Below, piece after piece: positions 53,480-61,203 of a DNA stretch of 61,203 nucleotides. Below the pieces are notes generated by a model that worked only from the letters and a program-made list of their open reading frames with translations, had not been told where the DNA came from and made no database searches. A program made the position numbers and the translations under genes. The DNA is taken from contig JBHIBY010000002.1 in the NCBI GenBank assembly GCA_046759305.1, forward strand, positions 1-61,203. The letters run 5' to 3'. The DNA comes from Anaerolineales bacterium (GTDB lineage Bacteria > Chloroflexota > Anaerolineae > Anaerolineales > E44-bin32). Positions within the stretch are counted from its first letter, which is position 1. The number at the start of each line of letters is the position of its first letter.

Positions 53480-54245
53480 AGCTAGCCAAGCTGGAGATCT
53501 CGCGATGCTTGTCTCACAAAATGGGAAGCAGTTCATAATTCAGCTTGACCCCAAGCGGGATTTACAGACTCATCGCGGAATCCTACGCCATGGCGACCTT
53601 ATCGGGCTGACATGGGGTACGACAGTGAGCAGCCATCTGGATCATGAATTCTTGGTACTGCAGCCGTCGCTTCGAGATATTCTTCTTCATACCAAGCGCC
53701 AATCACAAATCATCTATCCAAAGGATATCGGCTACATTCTTCTTCGTCTTTCGATTGGTCCCGGCGCTTCGGTCGTCGAGTGCGGTACAGGATCGGGCGC
53801 GCTGACAAGCGCGCTAGCCTGGGCTGTGGGATCAGAGGGCAGGGTCTATTCCTACGATCGGCGTGAAGACATGCTGGAGCTCGCCGGCCGCAATCTCGAG
53901 CGGATTGGACTGCGCGATCGAGTCGAGCTCAAGAAAGTGGATATCGAGCACGGATTTGAGGAACAAGGGGTCAACTCTCTGTTCCTCGACCTACCGAAAG
54001 CGCATGGCTATCTTCTACAAGCGCGTCAGGCATTAGCGGATGGTGGATATCTTGGCGCCATCCTGCCCACCGCAAATCAAGTCAGCCGCTTCTTGAGCGA
54101 ACTTGAGATCACGCAATTCGCGCTGCCGGAAGTTTGTGAAATCATGCTGAGATTCTACAAATCCAATCCACAACGACTTCGCCCAACAGACCGCATGGTT
54201 GCGCACACCGGGTATCTAGTATTTACGCGTGCGGTGCGAGGTTAG
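53472..54245 (+). CDS. trmI: tRNA (adenine58-N1)-methyltransferase TrmI/Gcd14 family
   Basis: It has IIYPKDIGYILLRLSIGPGASVVECGTGSGALTSALA, VYSYDRRED and LFLDLP. The start may be ATG 53505. Confidence 0.85.
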   Translation: MSEASQAGDLAMLVSQNGKQFIIQLDPKRDLQTHRGILRHGDLIGLTWGTTVSSHLDHEFLVLQPSLRDILLHTKRQSQIIYPKDIGYILLRLSIGPGASVVECGTGSGALTSALAWAVGSEGRVYSYDRREDMLELAGRNLERIGLRDRVELKKVDIEHGFEEQGVNSLFLDLPKAHGYLLQARQALADGGYLGAILPTANQVSRFLSELEITQFALPEVCEIMLRFYKSNPQRLRPTDRMVAHTGYLVFTRAVRG

Positions 54246-54249
54246 GCGC

Positions 54250-54858
54250 TTGAATGAATTGAGAGGTCGACTGCAAACCTCACTTGGTGAACTGAGGTCC
54301 AAAATCGAAACCGAGTGGGATGCGACGCCGGCCGCGGTACTCATCCCGCTATATCAAGAAGAAGGAGCTTGGAAGCTGCTCTTCACCCGGCGGACCGACT
54401 CCGTCGATGTGCACGCCGGCCAGATTTCATTTCCGGGGGGTCGAATCGAGGCATCGGACGGAACAGCGACGGCAGCAGCACTTCGAGAGGCTGAAGAAGA
54501 AATAGGGCTGGATCCGTCTGACGTAGAAACCCTGGGGCAACTCAACCCGCTGCTAACGGTCACACAGTTCCTTGTCACACCCGTGGTCGGTATCATCCCC
54601 TGGCCGTACTCTTTCGCTCTGAATTCGACCGAAGTGGCACGGATCTTCGGAGTGCCCATCGATTGGTTGGCCGATCCCAGGAATCTCGAGGTCAAGGAGC
54701 GACAGCCCTTGATTCCTGGGCGCAATGTCCTAGTCTACTATTTCAAAGAGTTTGACGGGGAAACCATCTGGGGAGTGACTGCACGCATCACGGTCGATTT
54801 TCTACAGATCTTGGACGCTTCAGGGCTGAGATCCGCCGAAGACAAACCCAGCGCCTAG
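54250..54858 (+). CDS. NUDIX hydrolase (CoA pyrophosphatase-like)
   Basis: It has the Nudix box GQISFPGGRIE...ALREAEEEIGL. The start (GTG 54229 or TTG 54250) is uncertain. Confidence 0.8.
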   Translation: MNELRGRLQTSLGELRSKIETEWDATPAAVLIPLYQEEGAWKLLFTRRTDSVDVHAGQISFPGGRIEASDGTATAAALREAEEEIGLDPSDVETLGQLNPLLTVTQFLVTPVVGIIPWPYSFALNSTEVARIFGVPIDWLADPRNLEVKERQPLIPGRNVLVYYFKEFDGETIWGVTARITVDFLQILDASGLRSAEDKPSA

Positions 54859-54901
54859 ATGCAGCAGGAGCTGGGGATCCAGAGAGAGATCGTACGGGCG
54901 A

Positions 54902-55588
54902 TTAGTTTTCCTCTTCGGGCTCCGGCGCAGCATCCGTATCGGCTTCTTCCGCGCCCTCCTCGACCTCTTCCGCTTCCTCGCCCTCCAGCAGCTCTTCGAG
55001 CTCTTCCTCTTCGACCACCTCTTCGATGATTTCTTCCGCCTGATAGATCGGGCGGGCAATCAACTCATCCTGGTCTGCAATTACGGTGACGCCTTCACCC
55101 AAGAATAGATCGGCTATCGTTATCGAATCATCGAGCTTCTCGAGCACCTCAAGGTTGACCGTGATGCGATCTGGCAGGTCTGCAGGAAGAGCTTCCACCT
55201 CAACCGTGGATGGCCCGGTTAGCAAGACAACGCCAGCTTCCTCAGAAGCTGGGGCTTCACCAATGAGCTCGATAGGCACCTGAGCTCTGATGGTCTCATC
55301 CATGGCGACTTTTAGGAAGTCAACATGCAGATAATTCCCGCGAATCACATGCCGCTGAGTGCCTCGAACGAGCACAGTGTGCGATTCGTCCTCGAGGTCA
55401 AGCTCGATTAGTGTTGAGCCACTGGCACGAGAAAGGAGTCGTGCAGCTTCCCGTCCATCGAGCGCGATCGGTACGGACTCAATTCCTGCTCCATACAACA
55501 CCCCAGGGAGTTGGCCGATCTTGCGCAGGGACTTGACTCGCTTCCCAATCAGCGTTCGTTTTTGAACTTTGAGCTTCGGTGTATCCAT
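54902..55588 (-). CDS. rplY: 50S ribosomal protein L25/general stress protein Ctc with an acidic tail
   Basis: It has LKVQKRTLIGKRVKSLRKIGQLPGVLYG... and a two-domain Ctc form. The C-terminal ~45 aa are rich in E and D. Confidence 0.9.
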   Translation of the reverse strand: MDTPKLKVQKRTLIGKRVKSLRKIGQLPGVLYGAGIESVPIALDGREAARLLSRASGSTLIELDLEDESHTVLVRGTQRHVIRGNYLHVDFLKVAMDETIRAQVPIELIGEAPASEEAGVVLLTGPSTVEVEALPADLPDRITVNLEVLEKLDDSITIADLFLGEGVTVIADQDELIARPIYQAEEIIEEVVEEEELEELLEGEEAEEVEEGAEEADTDAAPEPEEEN

Positions 55589-55604
55589 CTAATGCTCCTG
55601 TATC

Positions 55605-56075
55605 TTAGCTGCGCTTACGTAGTAGCCGGCCAAGCAGCATGAATAACCCACCGGTCACTCCCGCTGCTAGTCCTGCCATAAGCGCACCGCGTGTGTCGAG
55701 ATAAGTCTGCACGTCTCCGTGCGCTTCGCGCGCGAGAAAAACCAGGCTTGGGCTATTGTTGACTTGTACCTCCCAACCGATAACTAAACCGGTTCGAGAA
55801 TCTTCAACCGTTGCCGAGTCGGCGAGCGCCAGGGCGGTCGCAGCTCCCACCACGCTAACCTGTTCACCGCGTACACCTACCGCTCCGGACTGACGCATCT
55901 CAATTTTATCGCCCTGAACATTCCATGCGCCGCCTTGGCGTATTTCAACGTGACGGCCGGTGATGGAACGGGCACCCCCTTGCGTAATTATGACCTCATC
56001 AGCCTCGACATGGTCGATCGTTCCTCCGTCCAGAGTGATCGTCTCAGCCTCCATACGCTCTTCTTCTTTATCCAT
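55605..56075 (-). CDS. Hypothetical tail-anchored protein with a repetitive beta-strand region
   Basis: Repeats of the type (V/I)xIxQGGA and a C-terminal TM (LMAGLAAGVTGGLFMLLGRLL) are present. ATG 56075 is preceded by GGAGGAAAGGAAA. Confidence 0.55.
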   Translation of the reverse strand: MDKEEERMEAETITLDGGTIDHVEADEVIITQGGARSITGRHVEIRQGGAWNVQGDKIEMRQSGAVGVRGEQVSVVGAATALALADSATVEDSRTGLVIGWEVQVNNSPSLVFLAREAHGDVQTYLDTRGALMAGLAAGVTGGLFMLLGRLLRKRS

Positions 56076-56143
56076 CCGATTTCCTTTCCTCCGCACCCGC
56101 ATTCTCCGAGCAGCTTGTCGGCATCGCGCTGGGAGGGTACCTA

Positions 56144-56182
56144 GCAGAAAAATTGGGCTGTCCTCGGAAATAGGACGCCCAA
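56144..56182 (-). terminator. Terminator-like hairpin in the leader of the 55605..56075 gene
   Basis: On the minus strand, TTGGGCGTCCT-ATTTCCG-AGGAC(A)GCCCAA is followed by TTTTTCTGC. Confidence 0.5.
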
Positions 56183-56191
56183 CGCCCAGCG

Positions 56192-56220
56192 ATTCTAACG
56201 GGGATGGACACCACCGTCAA
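56192..56220 (-). promoter_or_regulatory. Sigma-70-type promoter candidate
   Basis: On the minus strand, TTGACG, a 17 nt spacer and TAGAAT are present. The predicted TSS lies just before the hairpin at 56182. Confidence 0.45.
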
Positions 56221-56289
56221 CATGATAGACTAGTCAGTTGCGTTGTGATTTAGGCTGATACCACCATCGGAGCCAGAGCACCCCCCTGA

Positions 56290-56949
56290 ATGATGACTGC
56301 ATTAAAAGCTTTCGTAATCTCCTCGCTGACCATGATGTCCGTACTGGGCCAGGTGCCGGGATTTGCGGAGATTACAGAACCTGGAGAGGGCCAATCTGTA
56401 ACCGGAATCGTCACGATTTTCGGCACGGCCAGCCACCCTGCCTTCGAGAGCTTTGAAATAGCGTTCGGCTTTGATCCGGATCCAACTGACACATGGTTTC
56501 CTATTGGCGAGGCATTGGATACTCCTGTTGTCGATGGGCGTCTGGCAATATGGGATACGACCGAAATTACCGACGGCGAGTACCGTCTCAGGCTGCGCGT
56601 CAATATTGAAGGATCTCCCCCTTTTGAAACCATTGTCGAGGGCATTCGGATCGCAAACTACACACCAACCGCGACTCCTCCTCCAGCAGCGGCCAGAGTA
56701 TTGCCCACCGCAGCCGCCAGTCCGGTGATACCCACCGCAGAGCCCGAGCCACAGGCCGCGGTTGAGCCACCCAATCGGTTTTCGTCCGCCTTAAGAATCG
56801 GCATTTTCTTGGGGCTGTTCCTGATGCTGGCAACCGCGGCTTATGTGCGCTTAGCTCCGAGGGTGCGTGCCTATTCAGGATACCTTCGCATGAGACAGCT
56901 GCATCAGCGGCAGGATCGTGCACGCCAAAGAGGTCGCGGCCGTGACTAA
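56290..56949 (+). CDS. Hypothetical secreted Ig-like-domain protein with a C-terminal TM anchor and Arg-rich tail
   Basis: It has a signal peptide, ITEPGEGQSVTGIVTIFGTA...DGEYRLRLRV (Ig-like beta-sandwich pattern), a Pro-rich linker, a TM helix and RQRGRGRD. Confidence 0.55.
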   Translation: MMTALKAFVISSLTMMSVLGQVPGFAEITEPGEGQSVTGIVTIFGTASHPAFESFEIAFGFDPDPTDTWFPIGEALDTPVVDGRLAIWDTTEITDGEYRLRLRVNIEGSPPFETIVEGIRIANYTPTATPPPAAARVLPTAAASPVIPTAEPEPQAAVEPPNRFSSALRIGIFLGLFLMLATAAYVRLAPRVRAYSGYLRMRQLHQRQDRARQRGRGRD

Positions 56950-57520
56950 GTATTTAGTTATCGGATTAGGAAATCCAGGGCGACATTACCGCGGCAATCG
57001 GCACAACGCGGGATACATGCTGATCGACTACCTGCTGGAGGCCAGCAAAGCTGCCCTGAATCGAAGCATAGCCGAAGCGCTGGTGGCCGTGATCGAAGAC
57101 CAAGAGCGCACGTTGGTGCTTGCGAAACCGCAGACCTACGTTAACGAATCTGGCCGATCGGTCGCCTCCCTGATTCGAGCGTTTGACATTGAACTACCCA
57201 ACGTGATGGTCGGCTTTGATGAGCTTGATCTCGACCTCGGAATGCTTCGCATGCGACCCGCGGGTGGATCGTCCGGGCACCGGGGCATGCGCTCCATCAT
57301 CAATCACCTGGGGACGCAGGAGTTTCCCCGTCTACGCATCGGTATCGGCAGACCACCTGGGCGCCGCCCGGCCGCAGATTACGTGCTATCGAACTTCAGC
57401 AAAGGAGAGCGATCGCAGCTGGCCGAGGTCCTCGAGCGGGCCGCGGCTTGCGTGCAGAGCTACCTCGAAGGAGACATCCAGCTCGCCATGACAGCCTGCA
57501 ATAGACTCGAGGAATCGTGA
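56942..57520 (+). CDS. pth: Peptidyl-tRNA hydrolase
   Basis: It has LVIGLGNPG..Y..NRHNAGY, DELDL..G..R...GGS.GHRG and RLRIGIGRP. The start is GTG 56942. Confidence 0.93.
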   Translation: MTKYLVIGLGNPGRHYRGNRHNAGYMLIDYLLEASKAALNRSIAEALVAVIEDQERTLVLAKPQTYVNESGRSVASLIRAFDIELPNVMVGFDELDLDLGMLRMRPAGGSSGHRGMRSIINHLGTQEFPRLRIGIGRPPGRRPAADYVLSNFSKGERSQLAEVLERAAACVQSYLEGDIQLAMTACNRLEES

Positions 57521-60500
57521 TGGACCTCTCATCGCTGCTGCCGGTGGTTCGGGAAGGTCTAAGGCTCGAATCCAGGCTGTCCGAGGGAGCTTTGCCCCTC
57601 CCGAGCGCCGCGCGAGCGCCGGTGGCTGCTTCACTGGTTTCTGAGAATGCTGGGCCGCTGCTGGTGGTTTCTCCTCGCATGGACAGGGTACTGACCATGG
57701 CGCAGGAGCTGCCCCACTGGAATCCGCATGCTGAAGTAGCCGTGTTCCCTGAGCCAGATCCACTGTTCTACGAAGAGTTGCCCTGGGGCGAGCGGACTCG
57801 CCACAATCGTGCCGAAATCCTGGCTCGGCTCGCTACCGGAACTAGGTTGGACAATACGATCATTCTTGCCTCAGTGCGAGCCATTATGACGGCTACGCTC
57901 GCGCCGGACCAAATGCGTGCAAGCAGTCGCAGGCTTCACGTACATCAGAACATTGAAATCCTTGAGCTGCTCGAGTTCCTGCTCGGCATCGGATACGACT
58001 CGGCCAGCATCGTGACCCGGCGTGGTCAATCGAGTCGGCGAGGAGGAATCCTCGACATTTGGCCAAACACCCGAAATGCTCCAGTTCGAATTGAGTTATT
58101 CGGAGACGAGATCGAATCCATGCGGGAATTTGATCCTGCGACTCAGCGTTCATCAGAAACGATCCAGAACCTTGAGCTTGCGCCGGCTCGCGAGGGAGTG
58201 CCAGCTTTGCTTTCGCATATACCTGAGCACGACACTGAGCTGCATGAGTTTTACTTGCCCAGCATCAACCCCGAGCTCAACGGTTTTCTCGACTACTTGC
58301 CCCAAAGTACGGTCGTCCTGATGGATGGCTTCGCCGGGATCGAAGCGACGGCAAACGAGCTGGAGGCTCAGGCCCTTGAGCTGCGAGAGCGATTGAATGA
58401 CCAGGTCCAGAGACCGTACTTGACCATCGACGAGCTCGTGGAAAGCTTGAGTCGGCTTGTCGCAATCGATCTAGGAGTGGTGGGCAGAATGCCAGGAGAC
58501 ACGATTGTTCCGGGACCTCGATTCGGTGGGCAAATCAAACACCTCATGACACACCTGCGCGAGCGACGCATGGCTCATGAGATATCGATTGTCGTGAGTC
58601 GACAGGCAAATCGTTTGGTCGATCTGTGGAATGAGCAAGATGGCTCGCAACTCGTGTCGGAGCTTATCCCCGACGAGCTCACCCCAGGTGCAATTACCTT
58701 CATTCGAGGCGCGCTGACGGAAGGATGGACACTCAGGCAGCCCGGCGAAGCACACATCCACTTATTGACGGATGCGGAAATCTTCGGCTGGTCCAGGCCG
58801 AAGCCCAGGAAGCGCGCTCGCCCCAGGGCGCCGGCACCAGAGTCTGCCTATGCTGACTTGGAGCTGGGAGATCACGTCGTGCATGTCGATTACGGCGTAG
58901 GTCGTTTTGAGGGGCTTGTTGCTCGAACACTCGACGAGCTTGAACGAGAGTATTTGTTGGTGTCTTATGCAGACGGCGATCAGCTATATGTTCCGATCCA
59001 TCAGGCAGATCGCATCACGCGTTATCTCGGCGTAGACGGAAGTTCTCCCCGCCTGTCTCGATTGGGCTCTCAGCGCTGGGAGCGTAGCCGGAAAGAGGCG
59101 AAGCGCGCGGTTGAGGCGATCGCCGAGGAATTGCTAGAGCTATATGCCCGGCGCGTCACGGTGGTCGGCCATGCCTTTGGGAAAGACACGCCCTGGCAGC
59201 AGGAATTGGAAGCTTCGTTCCCGTATGTCGAAACGCAGGATCAGGATCTGGCGCTAGAGGCGGTCAAGGACGATATGGAGCGCGGTCGCCCAATGGATCG
59301 CCTGATCTGTGGCGATGTGGGCTACGGGAAGACCGAGGTCGCCTTGCGCGCGGCATTCAAGGCCGTGATGGATGGAAAACAGGTCGGCATCCTCGTACCG
59401 ACAACCGTTCTTGCCCAGCAGCACTTCCGTACATTCAAACGACGTCTGGCCGCCTTTCCGGTCGAGGTTGAGATGCTTTCACGCTTCCGAACGCGTGCTG
59501 AAACAGTCGCTATCCTGGAGCGGATGCGCGAGGGCCAGGTCGATATAGTAATCGGCACTCACCGGTTGCTACAAAAAGATGTGCAGTTCCATAATTTGGG
59601 CCTGCTGGTTATCGACGAAGAGCAGCGTTTTGGCGTCACACATAAGGAATACTTGAAGTCACTCAGAACCGAGCTGGATGTTCTTACCCTCACCGCCACA
59701 CCTATCCCGCGTACTCTTTATCTCGCATTGACGGGTGTCCGAGACATATCCACCATCGACACCGCACCAGAAGATCGTCTGCCGGTCATTACCCACACCG
59801 GTCCCTACGATCCGGCTTTAATTCGGCAGGCAGTCTTGCGAGAGTTGGATCGCGGTGGCCAGGTTTTCTTTGTCCATAATCGTGTGCAATCCATCCGTAG
59901 TATTAAGGCTCGCATCCAGAAGCTGATCCCGGAGGCGAAAATCGAAATTGCGCACGGTCAGATGCCAGAAAGGGAGCTGGCGGATGTCATGTCCAGCTTT
60001 ACCGATGGCGAGATCGACGTCCTGTTGAGCACCTCCATCATCGAATCAGGCCTCGACATTCCAAACGCAAATACCTTGATCGTTGATCGGTCTGATCAAT
60101 TCGGATTAGCTCAGCTTTATCAGCTCCGAGGCCGCGTGGGGCGCGGCGCGCTGCGAGCCTATGCTTACTTTCTCCACCAATCGCGCGGCACTCCGGAAGC
60201 GATTGAGCGGTTGGAAATCATCAGTGAGAATTCTCAGCTCGGCGCGGGTTATAGTATTGCGCTGCGGGATCTTGAGATGCGGGGAGCCGGTGATTTGCTC
60301 GGACGACGACAGCATGGGCACATTGCCGCCGTGGGCTTTCATCTGTACACGCAGCTCCTCGGCGAAGCGGTTCGCCGTCTGCGTGACGGCATAAAGCCTT
60401 CAGAGGTCCCGGACCTTCCAACAGGGGTGCTTCCCTTGCAGATATCTATCGAACTTCCGCTTTCAGGCGCTCTAACTGTGGATTATGTGTCCGATCGCCC

Positions 60501-60840
60501 GCTACGATTGCAGCTTTATCGACGGATGGCCGGCTTGCGAACGCTGGAGGAAGTTGAGGCGATGCGCAGTGAGTTGGATGACCGGTTCGGAACGCCGCCG
60601 AGAGAGGTAGAGAATCTACTTTATCAGCTAAGCGTGAAGGTACTTGCTGCAGATGCGGGAATCACAAGCATTGCCGCCGAGGCGGGACAAATTCTTATTC
60701 AATTTGCACCCGACCGCAGTCCTAAAGGGGATCTCGGGCCTGAAGTGCGCATGAGCAAGCGTGGCCTATGGCTCACTTCACCAACCTGGCAAGAAAGCCT
60801 GATGAGGCTGCTTGAGAATCTTGTGCTGCAGCCCGCCTAA
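57517..60840 (+). CDS. mfd: Transcription-repair coupling factor
   Basis: It has a UvrB-homology N-terminus, an RNAP-interaction domain (GDHVVHVDYGVGRFEGL), the DEAD-box helicase motifs GDVGYGKTEV and DEEQRFG, and the TRG motif. Confidence 0.96.
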   Translation: MMDLSSLLPVVREGLRLESRLSEGALPLPSAARAPVAASLVSENAGPLLVVSPRMDRVLTMAQELPHWNPHAEVAVFPEPDPLFYEELPWGERTRHNRAEILARLATGTRLDNTIILASVRAIMTATLAPDQMRASSRRLHVHQNIEILELLEFLLGIGYDSASIVTRRGQSSRRGGILDIWPNTRNAPVRIELFGDEIESMREFDPATQRSSETIQNLELAPAREGVPALLSHIPEHDTELHEFYLPSINPELNGFLDYLPQSTVVLMDGFAGIEATANELEAQALELRERLNDQVQRPYLTIDELVESLSRLVAIDLGVVGRMPGDTIVPGPRFGGQIKHLMTHLRERRMAHEISIVVSRQANRLVDLWNEQDGSQLVSELIPDELTPGAITFIRGALTEGWTLRQPGEAHIHLLTDAEIFGWSRPKPRKRARPRAPAPESAYADLELGDHVVHVDYGVGRFEGLVARTLDELEREYLLVSYADGDQLYVPIHQADRITRYLGVDGSSPRLSRLGSQRWERSRKEAKRAVEAIAEELLELYARRVTVVGHAFGKDTPWQQELEASFPYVETQDQDLALEAVKDDMERGRPMDRLICGDVGYGKTEVALRAAFKAVMDGKQVGILVPTTVLAQQHFRTFKRRLAAFPVEVEMLSRFRTRAETVAILERMREGQVDIVIGTHRLLQKDVQFHNLGLLVIDEEQRFGVTHKEYLKSLRTELDVLTLTATPIPRTLYLALTGVRDISTIDTAPEDRLPVITHTGPYDPALIRQAVLRELDRGGQVFFVHNRVQSIRSIKARIQKLIPEAKIEIAHGQMPERELADVMSSFTDGEIDVLLSTSIIESGLDIPNANTLIVDRSDQFGLAQLYQLRGRVGRGALRAYAYFLHQSRGTPEAIERLEIISENSQLGAGYSIALRDLEMRGAGDLLGRRQHGHIAAVGFHLYTQLLGEAVRRLRDGIKPSEVPDLPTGVLPLQISIELPLSGALTVDYVSDRPLRLQLYRRMAGLRTLEEVEAMRSELDDRFGTPPREVENLLYQLSVKVLAADAGITSIAAEAGQILIQFAPDRSPKGDLGPEVRMSKRGLWLTSPTWQESLMRLLENLVLQPA

Positions 60841-60859
60841 CGAGCTGAAGCGCACAACT

Positions 60860-61203
60860 TTAAATTTCCCCTCGATATTGAACCAAGAGCGCAAGATAGG
60901 GATTGCCGTCGATGTATTCGATCCCGAGTACCCAAGTCCGCCAATTAAGCTGGCTTCCCGGCTCAGGAGCAGCTCGGAAGAATGAGAGGTAGTTCATATT
61001 CGAATATTCTGAAGGCCAAATCGTGTCCTGGGCCGTGCTTCCCGTGCCAAGCTTGTTGCAAGAAAGCTCGGGAGCGATTGAGAAAACATCCTCTAACTGA
61101 GGCAAGATCACCTCTCGAAATGTCCCATCGATTGTCAATTCGCTATCACGGTTGACGCCCCAAGTCACCGGCGAGGGATCCAAAAACAGACCTGGAACGC
61201 TCG
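60860..61203 (-). CDS. Hypothetical protein (possibly partial; the frame stays open to the window end)
   Basis: The track ORF is 60860..61183 (TTG start). The six in-frame codons upstream to the window edge contain no stop. I recognised no motif. Confidence 0.35.
   Translation of the reverse strand, partial: SVPGLFLDPSPVTWGVNRDSELTIDGTFREVILPQLEDVFSIAPELSCNKLGTGSTAQDTIWPSEYSNMNYLSFFRAAPEPGSQLNWRTWVLGIEYIDGNPYLALLVQYRGEI

Overview
The window reads as a gene-dense stretch of core chromosome, by eye mid-50s % GC. About 55 protein genes are packed with many 1-4 nt stop/start overlaps, plus three tRNAs. I recognised no rRNA, CRISPR array, transposase or integrase. Pro/Thr-rich linkers in envelope proteins, tail-extended ribosomal proteins and the gene content suggest a Chloroflexota-like (Anaerolineae-type) organism, but that is inference only. 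Recognisable content includes translation and transcription genes (rpsT, argS, rplU-rpmA-rpmE, rpoC, rplY, pth, mfd, rsmA, trmI), tRNA-Lys(CTT), tRNA-Ser(GGA) and a tRNA-Sec. It also includes Moco genes (two MoeA paralogs), nucleotide salvage (tdk, hpt), repair genes (dinB, mutL, mfd), several cell-wall proteins (LysM/M23, DUF348-G5-3D) and a signalling island. The most interesting items are: (1) a canonical 8/5 tRNA-Sec (anticodon UCA) hidden under the 5' extension of a called ORF, sitting between an M50 site-2 protease and a PrsW/CPBP-like protease; (2) ribosomal protein L31 fused to an RNA-polymerase alpha-CTD-like domain, next to an rpoC that is not preceded by rpoB; (3) an overlapping REC/MinD-like response regulator - sirtuin - GAF histidine kinase operon; (4) an orphan DNA methyltransferase with a PKD-like C-terminus; (5) an unassigned ~500 nt region next to tRNA-Lys. 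I found no clear novel multi-gene system such as a defence island. All coordinates were hand-counted and all homology calls come from motif recognition, not searches.
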